A stretch of DNA of 64,000 nt from Eledone cirrhosa (Eukaryota), in NCBI GenBank assembly GCA_964016885.1, contig OZ024752.1, positions 26,784,001-26,848,000 on the forward strand. Direction: 5' to 3'. Shown piece after piece: positions 11,910 through 25,854 of the stretch. Made by a program: the position numbers and the translations under genes. Within the stretch, counting starts at the first letter, position 1. The number at the start of each line of letters is the position of its first letter. The notes beneath the pieces were generated by a model. It saw only the letters and a program-made list of their open reading frames with translations. It made no database searches and had not been told where the DNA came from.

Positions 11910-14900
11910 CTAAAAGAAAAAAGAAATAAGTTCAAAGCATAGCAATTTTGTATTTATGAAAGAAATGAGTGAATGTGAGTGAATATGCTTGTGTTTGTAT
12001 AATAAATATATCACAGACACAAAGAAAAGCACATTGAAACATAGTTCTGAATGAAATATTAGATAAGACCTCTACCCCCCACCCACCACCAATAAACAAA
12101 TTTGATAAATAGAATATATTCCATGATGAATGGGGAACTCAGGACACTTCATCAAGTAGCTTTATCATTGATTTCCTAGACACAAATTTCTATAAAGAGT
12201 TTTGAATGATTAATTATTTAAAAATCGGTGAACTAATTATCCAAATATACAAGTAATTCAAATAATTAAACATTAATTTATAAACATTAAAGCATTTAGA
12301 AAGAAATCATGTTAATGTATTGCGAATTATGCTACTGAAATATCGTGGTGATTACTATATAGCTATATACTGCATCTCTTTATGGAGATATAGATTGGAT
12401 CAAACTGATTTATATATATTTTTTAATACTTCGAAATCAATATTGGGCAACAGAGTAACAATTGTAAACCAGCCAACAAATTTAAGTGAGACCTGATCAG
12501 TAGACAACATAGCTGCACAGATCAAACAACTTATTGATTTAATGATAAGATGTACAAAGTATATCTTCATATTTTGGTCACATTTGCCTCTTGACAAAAA
12601 TAGTGCAGATAATATCGCGCAATATTGCCGCTATCTCATACTAATGATTATCTCCGCTTTTGGCACAAGGGCTGCAATTATCCCAGTGCATTACTAGTGC
12701 TTTATTTTATCGACCCCGAAAGGATGAAAGGCAAAGCTAACCTCGGCGGGATTTGAATTCAGAGTGTAACAAACCGTAACAGAATGCCGCAAAGCATTTT
12801 GTCCGGCATTCTACTGAATCCACCAATCCACTGCCCTTACAATCTGAAAAAATGAAAGTTTCTAGTATTGTGTTTTTATTTTCGGATTTTTTTCAAATTT
12901 GTTATTCATTGTTTGCATTGATTAAATTATTCTAGAAAAGAAAAGATATATTATACATTCAAGAAAAGATGTAATGATTAATAGACAAAATAGAAATGTT
13001 GTTTCCTTACCAGGGATTTTTTCAACAGTTGGAATAATATTGGTGGTTGTTTCATTTAATGATATTCCAGTTCCTCTGGCTGATACAGATATGTTTAAAT
13101 CCGAAGGAATATGAATAAAATAAAAGTATAAAACAATATTTAAAATATGCTCAGCATAAAAGATAAAATGAAAATCTGCTTCGATTTCGGGATAAAATAT
13201 ATTATAAATCACAACATATGTGGACAGTATGAACAAATAAATATACTTGAAAATGAAGACACTTATTCCTTTACATCAAATATTTCAGTTTGAATTTGTT
13301 TACTTTATTTACATGACAACATTCAGGGTGCAAATATTTTCAGCCCAAATACTTTATTCTGAATGTAAAATTTAAAAATTACAAGAATATATTATATATA
13401 TTGATTTCTACAGCTGGATGCCCTTCCTAACACCAACTTCATTTACAGTGAGTACTAGGTACTTTTTTTTACCGTGGCGCCTACACGACCACTTTATAGT
13501 GTGGACTGGGTGATTTTTGTTGTGACACCTACACAATCACTTTATGGGGAGGCATACAGTCTATATATATATATTTATATATTTATATATACTTACGGTA
13601 AATATTGATGCAATTCAATTCAAGCACTCTACATACATTTTCCACATAGGAATGACAGAGTATATTTAGAATAAGGAAATGTGAAGTAGTTTCAAATTTA
13701 GGCAGAATCATGGTCACTGTCATCATTGAAATATGTATCACAACATTATCAATAAAGGACTTTAATATCTGAACCTACTTCGCATTTTCTTATTCTATAT
13801 ATATACATATATCATCATCATCATTATTTTACGTCCGCTTTTCCCTGCTTGCAAGGGTGGGACGTGTTCTATTCAGCACAGCATCTCTCCAGTTGTCATG
13901 GTCCTTTGTCATCTCCTCTGTGAGCTTCAGCAATCTGAGGTCTGCTCTCACCACCTCCGCCCATGTTTTTCGTGGTCTTCTCCTACTGCGCTGCCTCCTA
14001 CTGAGATTTCTTGGTACTTCTTTACCCAGCGGTCATCCTACATGCGCATCACATTTCCATACCATCGCAGTTTTCTCTCCTGCACACTACAATTTATCCC
14101 TCTTATACACAGTTTCTATTTCAACTCATCTATGCTTGTTCGTTCACGTACATTGGCATTGCATATCCAACGGAGCATGCTTGGTTCATTTCTCTTCAGC
14201 CGTCGTATATCCTCTACAGTTGCTGCCCATGTCACACTACCATGCAGCATCGCGCATCTCACACAGGTATCATATAATCGGCCTTTCGTATGCATGGAGA
14301 AATCCTTCTTTGTCAACAGAGGAAGAAGCTCCCTAAACTTCTTCCAACCCGTCCTTAATCTAGATACTATGGCCTTGGAACACCCCCTCCCATGCTAATC
14401 TGATCGCCTAGGAACCGGAAGTTATCAACCACTTCCATAGAACCCACCTGCATTTGAAAAGTGTGTCTATCACTGCGACATCTACTGTCAAATTTCCCTG
14501 TGCATCTACTGAATTTGTAGTTTTACCTACCTGTTAGTTTGCCTGCTATCCCACTACATCTCTTGTGTACCCAGGATCTGCATTGTGTTCATTTTATAGA
14601 ATTTATGCCAGCCCCTTTTCTACATACCGAACAAAGCCATTTCCCTGATGGAATCAGAGTTTTGTGCTCTGTTCTACTTATCAACACTTTTGTCTTAGCT
14701 AGGTTCACTCTCAATCCTATTGATTCCAAATACTGTGTCCATAGCCAGAATTTATTCTCTAGCTCCTCTACTGATTCTACTATAAGAACCAAATCGTCAG
14801 TATAGAGAAGTTCCCATGGGCAGCTAGTCTGAATCTCCTCTGTTATGGCTTGGAGGACTATAATGAAGAAGAAGGGGCTGAGGGCCGAACCCTGATGTAC

Positions 14901-15264
14901 TCCAACTTGTATCTGGAATTCCCTACTAAATTCCATTCCTACTCCCACTTTACTGACAGTACCCCTGTACATAGCTTGCATTGTCCTCACACGTCATTCC
15001 TTTACATCTAGTTGCTTTAGGGACCACCAGATGACAGATTGGGGTACCCTATCAAAGGCCTTCTCTAGGTCAACAAAAGCTAAGTATAGTGGCTTATTTT
15101 TCTGTAAGAACCTCTCTTGTAGTTGTCTCACTAAGAAGAGGGCATCTGTTGTACATTTTCCAGGCACAAAACCAAACAGCATCTTATCTAATTTGATGCT
15201 TTCTCTAATTAGTTGCACTAATATTCTTTCTGCCACTTTCATATATATATATATATATGAATAC

Positions 15265-15349
<85 letters not shown>

Positions 15350-18300
15350 CTCAGCAGAACACGGAACCTTTCTATGGATTTCACTGGCTTACTCGCCATC
15401 AGATTACATTGACTTTTATCTATGGCACAGTCCCTACCACCAAAGGTAGACAACACAGAAAACGTATATATATATATATCATCATCATCTTCATCATCAT
15501 TGTTTAACATCCATCTTCCACGCTAGCCTGGGTTAGATGGTCTTGTTCCGTTTGAAGTGGGAATGGTGGGGAGAACATGTCTCACTCACACAGAAGCGTC
15601 TCTGGCAGGTTTTTTACTGCTAGATGTCCTCCCTAACATCAACCCCGTTTACAGTGTATACTGAGAGCCTTTTCACCGTGTCTCCTACACAGCCACCTTA
15701 CAGTGTGAACTGTTGTGTCATCGACACAAGGGACGATACGGGAGAGGGAGGAAGGGGTAGGATGCGGGGTGGGGATACATTGGGTTAAGAGGTGCCTACT
15801 GACTGTAGTTTTGTATGCAATTGCAGTCGGGTCTTCTGTACAACTGCATGGCGCTAAAGGTCTCGATCTAGTGTCATTGTCTTAGAGACAATATGTATAT
15901 ATATATAACTGTTTCTACTTTTGGCACAAGGGCAGCAATTAACCAGTGCATTACTGGTACTTTTTTTTATCGACCCGGAAAGGATGAAAGGCAAAGCTAA
16001 CCTCGGCGGGATTTGAACTCAGAGTGTAACAAACCGTAACAGAATGCCGCAAAGCATTTTGTCCGGCATTCTACTGAATCCACCAATCCGAAAAATCCTT
16101 ACAATCTGAAAAAAATGAAAGTTTCTGGTATTGTGTTTTTATTTTCGGATTTTTTCAAATTTATTATTCATTGTTTGCATTGATTAAATTATTCTGGAAA
16201 AGAAAAGATATATTATACATTCAAGAAAAGATGTAATAATTAATAGACAAAATAGAAATGTTGATTCCTTACCAGGGATTTTTTCAACAGTTGGAATAAT
16301 ATTGGTGGTTGTTTCATTTAATGATATTCCAGTTCCTCTGGCTGATACAAATATGTTTAAATCCGAAGGAATATGAATAAAATAAAAGTATAAAACAATA
16401 TATAAAATATGCTCAGCATAAAAGATAAAATGAAAATCTGCTTCGATTTCGGGATAAAATATATTATAAATCACGACTTATGTGCACAGTATGAACAAAT
16501 ACATATACTTGAAAATGAAGACACTTAATCCTTTACATCAAATATTTCAGTTTGAATTTGTTTACTTTATTTACATGAAAACATTCAGGGTGCAAATATT
16601 TACAGCCCAAATACTTTATTCTCAAAGTAAAATTTAAAAATTACAAGAATATATTATATTATATAATATACCATGTATACGCACATATATATCATCATCA
16701 TATCATCACCGTTTTACATCCATTCTTCCACGCTAGCATGGGTTAGATGGGTTGTCCTGTTATGGGCAATGCCAGGTCAGGTGACCATGTCTTGCTAATA
16801 CGGAACTGATTTTGGCTTGATTTCTACAGCTGGATACCCTTCCTAACACCAACTTCATTTACAGTGAGTACTAGATACTTTTTATACCGTGGCGCCTACA
16901 CGACCACTTTACAGTGTGGACTGGGTGATTTTTGTTGTGACACCTACACAATCACTTTACGGGGAGGCATACAGTCTATATATATATTTATGTATACTTA
17001 CGGTAAACATTGATGCTTATTCAATTCAAGCACTCTACATACATTTTCCACATAGGAATGACAGAGTATATTTAGAATAAGGAAATGTGAAGTAGTTTCA
17101 AATGTTAAAGTCCTTTATTGATACGGCTGTGATAGATATTTCAATGACGACAGTTGCCACATGATTCCGCCTTATGAGATCATGGGACTTGTTAGGCAGA
17201 ATCGTAGTCACTGTCAGCATTGAAATATGTATCACAGCATTATCAATAAAGGACTTTAATATCTGAACCTACTTCGCATTTTCTTAATCTATATATATAT
17301 ATATATCATCATCATCATTACTTTACGTCCGCTTTTCCCTGCTTGCAAGGGTGGGATGTGTTCTATTCAGCACAGCATCTCTCCACTTGTCATGGTCCTT
17401 TGTCATCTCCTCTGTGAGCTTCAGCAATCTGAGGTCTGCTCTCACCTCTTCCGCCCATGTTTTTCGTTGTCTTCTACTGCGTATTCCTTCTACTGGGATT
17501 TATTGGTACTTCTTTACCCAGCGGTCATCCTACATGCGCATCACATTTCCATACCATCGCAGTCTTCTCTCCTGCACACTACAATTTATCCCTCTTATAC
17601 ACAGTTTCTATTTCAACTCATCTATGCTTGTTCGTTCACGCACATTTGCATTGCATATCCAACGGAGCATGCTTGGATCATTTCTCTTCAGCCGTCGTAT
17701 ATCCTCTACAGTTGCTGCCCATGTCACACTACCATGCAGCATCGCGCATCTCACACAGGTATCATATAATCGGCCTTTCGTATGCATGGAGAAACTCTTC
17801 TTTGTGAACAGAGGAAGAAGCTCCCTAAACTTCTTCCAACCCGTCCTTAATCTAGATACTACGGCCTTGGAACACCCCCCTCCCATGCTAATCTAATCAC
17901 CTAGGTACCGGAAGTTATCAACCACTTCCATAGAACCCACCTGCATTTGAAAAATGTGTCTATCACTGCGACATCTACTGTCAAATTTCCCTGTGCATCT
18001 ACTGAATTTGTAGTTTTTCCTACCTGTTAGTTTGCCTGCTATCCCACTACATCTCTTGTGTACCCAGGATCTGCTTTGTGTTCATTTTATAGAATTTATG
18101 CCAGCTCCTTTTCTACATACCGAACAAAGCCATTTCCCTGATGGAATCAGAGTTTTGTGTTCTGTTCTACTTATCAACACTTTTGTCTTAGCTAGGTTCA
18201 CTCTCAATCCTATTGATTCCAACTGCTGTGTCCATAGCCAGAATTTATTCTCTAGCTCCTCTACTGATTCTACTATAAGAAACAAATCTTCAGCATAGAG

Positions 18301-18757
18301 AAGTTCCCATGGGCAGCTAGTCTTAAACTCCTCTGTTATGGCTTGGAGGACTATAATGAAGAAGAAGGGGCTGAGGGCTGAACCCTGATGTACTCCTACT
18401 TGTATCTGGAATTCCCTACTAAATTCCATTCCTACTCCCACTTTACTGACAGTACCCCTGTACATAGCTTGCATTGTCCTCACACGCCATTCCTTTACAC
18501 CTAGTTTCTTTAGGGACCACCAGATGACAGATTGGGGTACCCTATCAAAGGCCTTCTCTAGGTCAACAAAAGCTAAGTATAGTAGCTTATTTTTCTGTAA
18601 GAACCTCTCTTGTAGTTGTCTCACTAAGAAGAGGGCATCTGTTGTACATTTTCCAGGCACAAAACCAAACAGCATCTTATCTAATTTGACCTTTTCTCTA
18701 ATTAGTTGCACTAATATTCTTTGGGCCACTTTCATATATATATATATATATGAATAC

Positions 18758-18795
<38 letters not shown>

Positions 18796-21700
18796 AACTC
18801 AGCAGAACACGGAACCTTTCTATGGATTTCACTGGCTTACTCGCCATCAGATTACATTGACTTTTATCTATGGCACAGTCCCTACCACCAAAGGTAGACA
18901 ACACAGAAAAAGTATATATATATATCATCATCATCTTCATCATCATTGTTTAACATCCATCTTCCACGCTAGCTTGGGTTAGATGGTCTTGTTCCGTTTG
19001 AAGTGGGAATGGTGGGGAGAACATGTCTCACTCACACAGAAGCGTCTCTGGCAGGTTTTTTTACTGCTAGATGTCCTCCCTAACATCAACCCCGTTTACA
19101 GTGTATACTGAGAGCCTTTTCACCGTGTCTCCTACACAGCCACCTTACAGTGTGAACTGTTGTGTCATCGACACAAGGGACGATACGGGAGAGGGAGGAA
19201 GGGGTAGGATGCGGGGTGGGGATACATTGGGTTAAGAGGTGCCTACTGACTGTAGTTTTGTATGCAATTGCAGTCGGGTCTTCTGTACAACTGCATGGCG
19301 CTAAAGGTCTCGATCTAGTGTCATTGTCTTAGAGACAATATGTATATATATATAACTGTTTCTACATTTGGCACAAGGGCAGCAATTAACCAGTGCATTA
19401 CTGGTACTTTTTTTTATCGACCCGGAAAGGATGAAAGGCAAAGCTAACCTCGGCGGGATTTGAACTCAGAGTGTAACAAACCGTAACAGAATGCCGCAAA
19501 GCATTTTGTCCGGCATTCTACTGAATCCACCAATCCGAAAAATCCTTACAATCTGAAAAAAATGAAAGTTTCTGGTATTGTGTTTTTATTTTCGGATTTT
19601 TTCAAATTTATTATTCATTGTTTGCATTGATTAAATTATTCTGGAAAAGAAAAGATATATTATACATTCAAGAAAAGATGTAATAATTAATAGACAAAAT
19701 AGAAACGTTGTTTCCTTACCAGGGATTTTTTCAACAGTTGGAATAATATTGGTGGTTGTTTCATTTAATGATATTCCAGTTCCTCTGGCTGATACAAATA
19801 TGTTTAAATCCGAAGGAATATGAATAAAATAAAAGTATAAAACAATATATAAAATATGCTCAGCATAAAAGATAAAATGAAAATCTGCTTCGATTTTGGG
19901 ATAAAATATATTATAAATCACAACTTATGTGGACAGTATGAACAAATAAATATACTTGAAAATGAAGACACTTAATCCCTTACATCAAATATTTCAGTTT
20001 GAATTTGTTTACTTTATTTACATGAAAACATTCAGGGTGCAAATATTTTCAGCCCAAATACTTTATTCTCAATGTAAAATTTAAAAATTACAAGAATATA
20101 TTATATTATATAATTGTTTATACTTTAGGCACAAGGCCAGCAATTACCCAGTGCATTACTGGTACTTTATTTTATCGACCCCGTAAGGATGAAAGGCAAA
20201 GTCAACCTCGGCGGGATTTGAACTCAGACCGTAAAGGGACGTAACTATGCTGGAAAGCATGGCGTCCGACCCTCTACCGATACTGCCAATCCACCGCCCT
20301 ATTATATATTATATTATATAATATACCATGTATACGCACATATATATCATCATCATATCATCACCGTTTTACATCCATTCTTCCACGCTAGCATGGGTTA
20401 GATGGGTTGTCCTGTTATGGGCAATGCCAGGTCAGGTGACCATGTCTTGGTAATACGGAACTGATTTTGGCTTGATTTCTACAGCTGGATGCCCTTCCTA
20501 ACACCAACTTCATTTACAGTGAGTCCTAGATACTTTTTTTATACCGTGGCGCCTACACGACCACTTTACAGTGTGGACTGGGTGATTTTTGTTGTGACAC
20601 CAATACAATCACTTTAGGGGAGGCATACAGTCTATATATATATTTATATATACTTACGGTAAACATTGATGCTTATTCAATTCAAGCACTCTACATACAT
20701 TTTCCACATAGGAATGACAGAGTATATTTAGAATAAGGAAATGTGAAGTAGTTTCAAATGTTAAAGTCCTTTATTGATACGGCTGTGATAGATATTTCAA
20801 TGACGACAGTTGCCACATGATTCCGCCTTATGAGATCATGGGACTTGTTAGGCAGAATCGTAGTCACTGTCAGCATTGAAATATGTATCACAGCATTATC
20901 AATAAAGGACTTTAATATCTGAACCTACTTCGCATTTTCTTAATCTATATATATATATATATCATCATCATCATTACTTTACGTCCGCTTTTCCCTGCTT
21001 GCAAGGGTGGGATGTGTTCTATTCAGCACAGCATCTCTCCACTTGTCATGGTCCTTTGTCATCTCCTCTGTGAGCTTCAGCAATCTGAGGTCTGCTCTCA
21101 CCTCTTCCGCCCATGTTTTTCGTTGTCTTCTACTGCGTATTCCTTCTACTGGGATTTCTTGGTACTTCTTTACCCAGCGGTCATCCTACATGCGCATCAC
21201 ATTTCCATACCATCGCAGTCTTCTCTCCTGCACACTACAATTTATCCCTCTTATACACAGTTTCTATTTCAACTCATCTATGCTTGTTCGTTCACGCACA
21301 TTGGCATTGCATATGGATCATTTCTCTTCAGCTGTCGTATATCCTCTACAGTTGCTGCCCATGTCACACTACCATGCAGCATCGCGCATCTCACACAGGT
21401 ATCATATAATCGGCCTTTCGTATGCATGGAGAAACCCTTCTTTGTGAACAGAGGAAGAAGCTCCCTAAACTTCTTCCAACCCGTCCTTAATCTAGATACT
21501 ATGGCCTTGGAACACCCCCCTCCCATGCTAATCTAATCACCTAGGTACCGGAAGTTATCAACCACTTCCATAGAACACACCTGCATTTGAAAAATATGTC
21601 TATCACTGCGACATCTACTGTCAAATTTCCCTGTGCATCTACTGAATTTGTAGTTTTTCCTACCTGTTAGTTTGCCTGCTATCCCACTACATCTCTTGTG

Positions 21701-24700
21701 TACCCAGGATCTGCTTTGTGTTCATTTTATAGAATTTATGCCAGCTCCTTTTCTACATACCGAACAAAGCCATTTCCCTGATGGAATCAGAGTTTTGTGT
21801 TCTGTTCTACTTATCAACACTTTTGTCTTAGCTAGGTTCACTCTCAATCCTATTGATTCCAACTGCTGTGTCCATAGCCAGAATTTATTCTCTAGCTCCT
21901 CTACTGATTCTACTATAAGAACCAAATCTTCAGCATAGAGAAGTTCCCATGGGCAGCTAGTCATAAACTCCTCTGTTATGGCTTGGAGGACTATAATGAA
22001 GAAGAAGGGGCTGAGGGCCGAACCCTGATGTACTCCAACTTGTATCTGGAATTCCCTACTAAATTCCATTCCTACTCCCACTTTACTGACAGTACCCCTG
22101 TACATAGCTTGCATTGTCCTCACACGCCATTCCTTTACACCTAGTTCCTTTAGGGACCACCAGATGACAGATTGGGGTACCCTATCAAAGGCCTTCTCTA
22201 GGTCAACAAAAGCTAAGTATAGTGGCTTATTTTTCTGTAAGAACCTCTCTTGTAGTTGTCTCACTAAGAAGAGGGCATCTGTTGTACATTTTCCAGGCAC
22301 AAAACCAAACAGCATCTTATCTAATTTGATCTTTTCTCTAATTAGTTGCACTAATATTCTTTGTGCCACTTTCATATATATATATATATATGAATACCTA
22401 ATATATATATATATATATATGTTTTAACTCAGCAGAACACGGAACCTTTCTATGGATTTCACTGGCTTACTCGCCATCAGATTACATTGACTTTTATCTA
22501 TGGCACAGTCCCTACCACCAAAGGTAGACAACACAGAAAAAGTATATATATATATATATATCATCATCATCTTCATCATCATTGTTTAACATCCATCTTC
22601 CACGCTAGCTTGGGTTAGATGGTCTTGTTCCGTTTGAAGTGGGAATGGTGGGGAGAACATGTCTCACTCACACAGAAGCGTCTCTGGCAGGTTTTTTTAC
22701 TGCTAGATGTCCTCCCTAACATCAACCCCGTTTACAGTGTATACTGAGAGCCTTTTCACCTTGTCTCCTACACAACCACCTTACAGTGTGAACTGTTGTG
22801 TCATCGACACAAGGGACGATACGGGAGAGGGAGGAAGGGGTAGGATGCGGGGTGGGGATACATTGGGTTAAGAGGTGCCTACTGACTGTAGTTTTGTATG
22901 CAATTGCAGTCGGGTCTTCTGTACAACTGCATGGCGCTAAAGGTCTCGATCTAGTGTCATTGTCTTAGAGACAATATGTATATATATATAACTGTTTCTA
23001 CTTTTGGCACAAGGGCAGCAATTAACCAGTGCATTACTGGTACTTTTTTTTATCGACCCGGAAAGGATGAAAGGCAAAGCTAACCTCGGTGGGATTTGAA
23101 CTCAGAGTGTAACAAACCGTAACAGAATGCCGCAAAGCATTTTGTCCGGCATTCTACTGAATCCACCAATCCGAAAAATCCTTACAATCTGAAAAAAATG
23201 AAAGTTTCTGGTATTGTGTTTTTATTTTCGGATTTTTTCAAATTTATTATTCATTGTTTGCATTGATTAAATTATTCTGGAAAAGAAAAGATATATTATA
23301 CATTCAAGAAAAGATGTAATAATTAATAGACAAAATAGAAATGTTGTTTCCTTACCAGGGATTTTTTCAACAGTTGGAATAATATTGGTGGTTGTTTCAT
23401 TTAATGATATTCCAGTTCCTCTGGCTGATATAAATATGTTTAAATCCGAAGGAATATGAATAAAATAAAAGTATAAAACAATATATAAAATATGCTCAGC
23501 ATAAAAGATAAAATGAAAATCTGCTTCGATTTCGGGATAAAATATATTATAAATCACAACTTATGTAGGACAGTATGAACAAATACATATACTTGAAAAT
23601 GAAGACACTTAATCCTTTACATCAAATATTTCAGTTTGAATTTGTTTACTTTATTTACATGAAAACATTCAGGGTGCAAATATTTTCAGCCCAAATACTT
23701 TATTCTCAAAGTAAAATTTAAAAATTACAAGAATATATTATATTATATAATATACACATGTATATATATATCATCATCATATCATCACCGTTTTACATCC
23801 ATTCTTCCACGCTAGCATGGGTTAGATGAGTTGTCCTGTTATGGGCAATGCCAGGTCAGGTGACCATGTCTTGCTAATACAGAACTGATTTTGGCTTGAT
23901 TTCTACAGCTGGATGCCCTTCCTAACACCAACTTCATTTACAGTGAGTACTAGGTACTTTTTTTTACCCTGGCGCCTACACGACCACTTTACAGTGTGGA
24001 CTGGGTGATTTTTGTTGCGACACCTACACAATCACTTTACGGGGAGGCATACAGTCTATACATATATATTTGTATATACTTACGGTAAACATTGATGCAA
24101 TTCAATCAAGCACTCTACATACATTTTCCACATAGGAATGACAGAGTATATTTAGAAAAAGGAAATGTGAAGTAGTTTCAAATGTTAAAGTCCTTTATTG
24201 ATACGGCTGTGATAGATATTTCAATGACGACAGTTGCCACATGATTCCGCCTTATGAGATCATGGGACTTGTTAGTTAGAATTGGGGTTCACTGTCATCA
24301 TTGAAATATGTATCACAACATTATCAATAAAGGACTTTAATACCTGAACCTACTTCGCTTTTTCTTAATATATATATCTACATATATCATCATCATTATT
24401 TTACGTCCGATTGTCCCTGCTTGCAAGGGTGGGATGTGTTCTATTCAGCACAGCATCTCTCCACTTGTCATGGTCCTTTGTCATCTCCTCTGTGAGCTTC
24501 AGCAATCTGAGGTCTGCTCTCACCTCTTCCGCCCATGTTTTTCGTTGTCTTCTACTGCGTATTCCTTCTACTGGGATTTCTTGGTACTTCTTTACCCAGC
24601 GGTCATCCTACATGCGCATCACATTTCCATACCATCGCAGTCTTCTCTCCTGCACACTACAATTTATCCCTCTTATACACAGTTTCTATTTCAACTCATC

Positions 24701-25790
24701 TATGCTTGTTCGTTCACGCACATTGGCATTGCATATCCAACGGAGCATGCTTGGTTCATTTCGCTTCAGCCGTCGTATATCCTCTACAGTTGCTGCCCAT
24801 GTCACACTACCATGCAGCATCGCGCATCTCACACAGGTATCATATAATCGGCCTTTCGTATGCATGGAGAAACCCTTCTTTGTGAACAGAGGAAGAAGCT
24901 CCCTAACCTTCTTCCAACCCTTCCTTAATCTAGATACTATGGCCTTGGAACACCCCCCTCCCATGCTAATCTGATCACCTAGGAACCGGAAGTTATCAAC
25001 CACTTCCATAGAACCCACCTGCATTTGAAAAGTGTGTCTATCACTGCGACATCTACTGTCAAATTTCCCTGTGCATCTACTGAATTTGTAGTTTGCCTGC
25101 AATCCCACTACATCTCTTGTGTACCCAGGATCTGCTTTGTGTTCATTTTATAGAATTTATGCCAGCTCCTTTTCTACATACCGAACAAAGCCATTCCCCT
25201 GATGGAATCAGAGTTTTGTGCTCTGTTCTACTTATCAACACTTTTGTCTTTGCTAGGTTCACTCTCAATCCTATTGATTCCAACTGCTGTGTCCATAGCC
25301 AGAATTTATTCTCTAGCTCCTCTACTGATTCTACTATAAGAACCAAATCGCCAGCATAGAGAAGTTCCCATGGGCAGCTAGTCTTAAACTCCTCTGTTAA
25401 TGCTTGGAGGACTATAATGAAGAAGAAGGGGCTGAGGGCCGAACCCTGATGTACTCCTACTTGTATCTGGAATTCCCTACTAAATTCCATTTCTACTCCC
25501 ACTTTACTGACAGTACCCCTGTACATAGCTTGCATTGTCCTCACACGCCATTACTTTACACCTAGTTGCTTTTGGGGACCACCAGATGACAGATTGGGGT
25601 ACCCTATCAAAGGCCTTCTCTAGGTCAACAAAAGCTAAGTATAGTGGCTTATTTTTCTGTAAGAACCTCTCTTGTAGTTGTCTCACTAAGAAGAGGGCAT
25701 CTGTTGTACATTTTCCAAGCACAAAACCAAACTGCATCTTATCTAATTTGATCCTTTCTCTAATCAGTTGCACTAATATTCTTTCTGCCA

Positions 25791-25854
<64 letters not shown>

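Noticed and set aside
12922-13236. 104-aa ORF repeated four times as a standalone small protein
   Set aside because: Only the 69-nt core has splice signals; the rest is AT-rich intron. A longer 90-nt exon version would need a CGG acceptor
13857-14805. Plus-strand ORFs within array units
   Set aside because: Antisense shadows of the RTE reading frame
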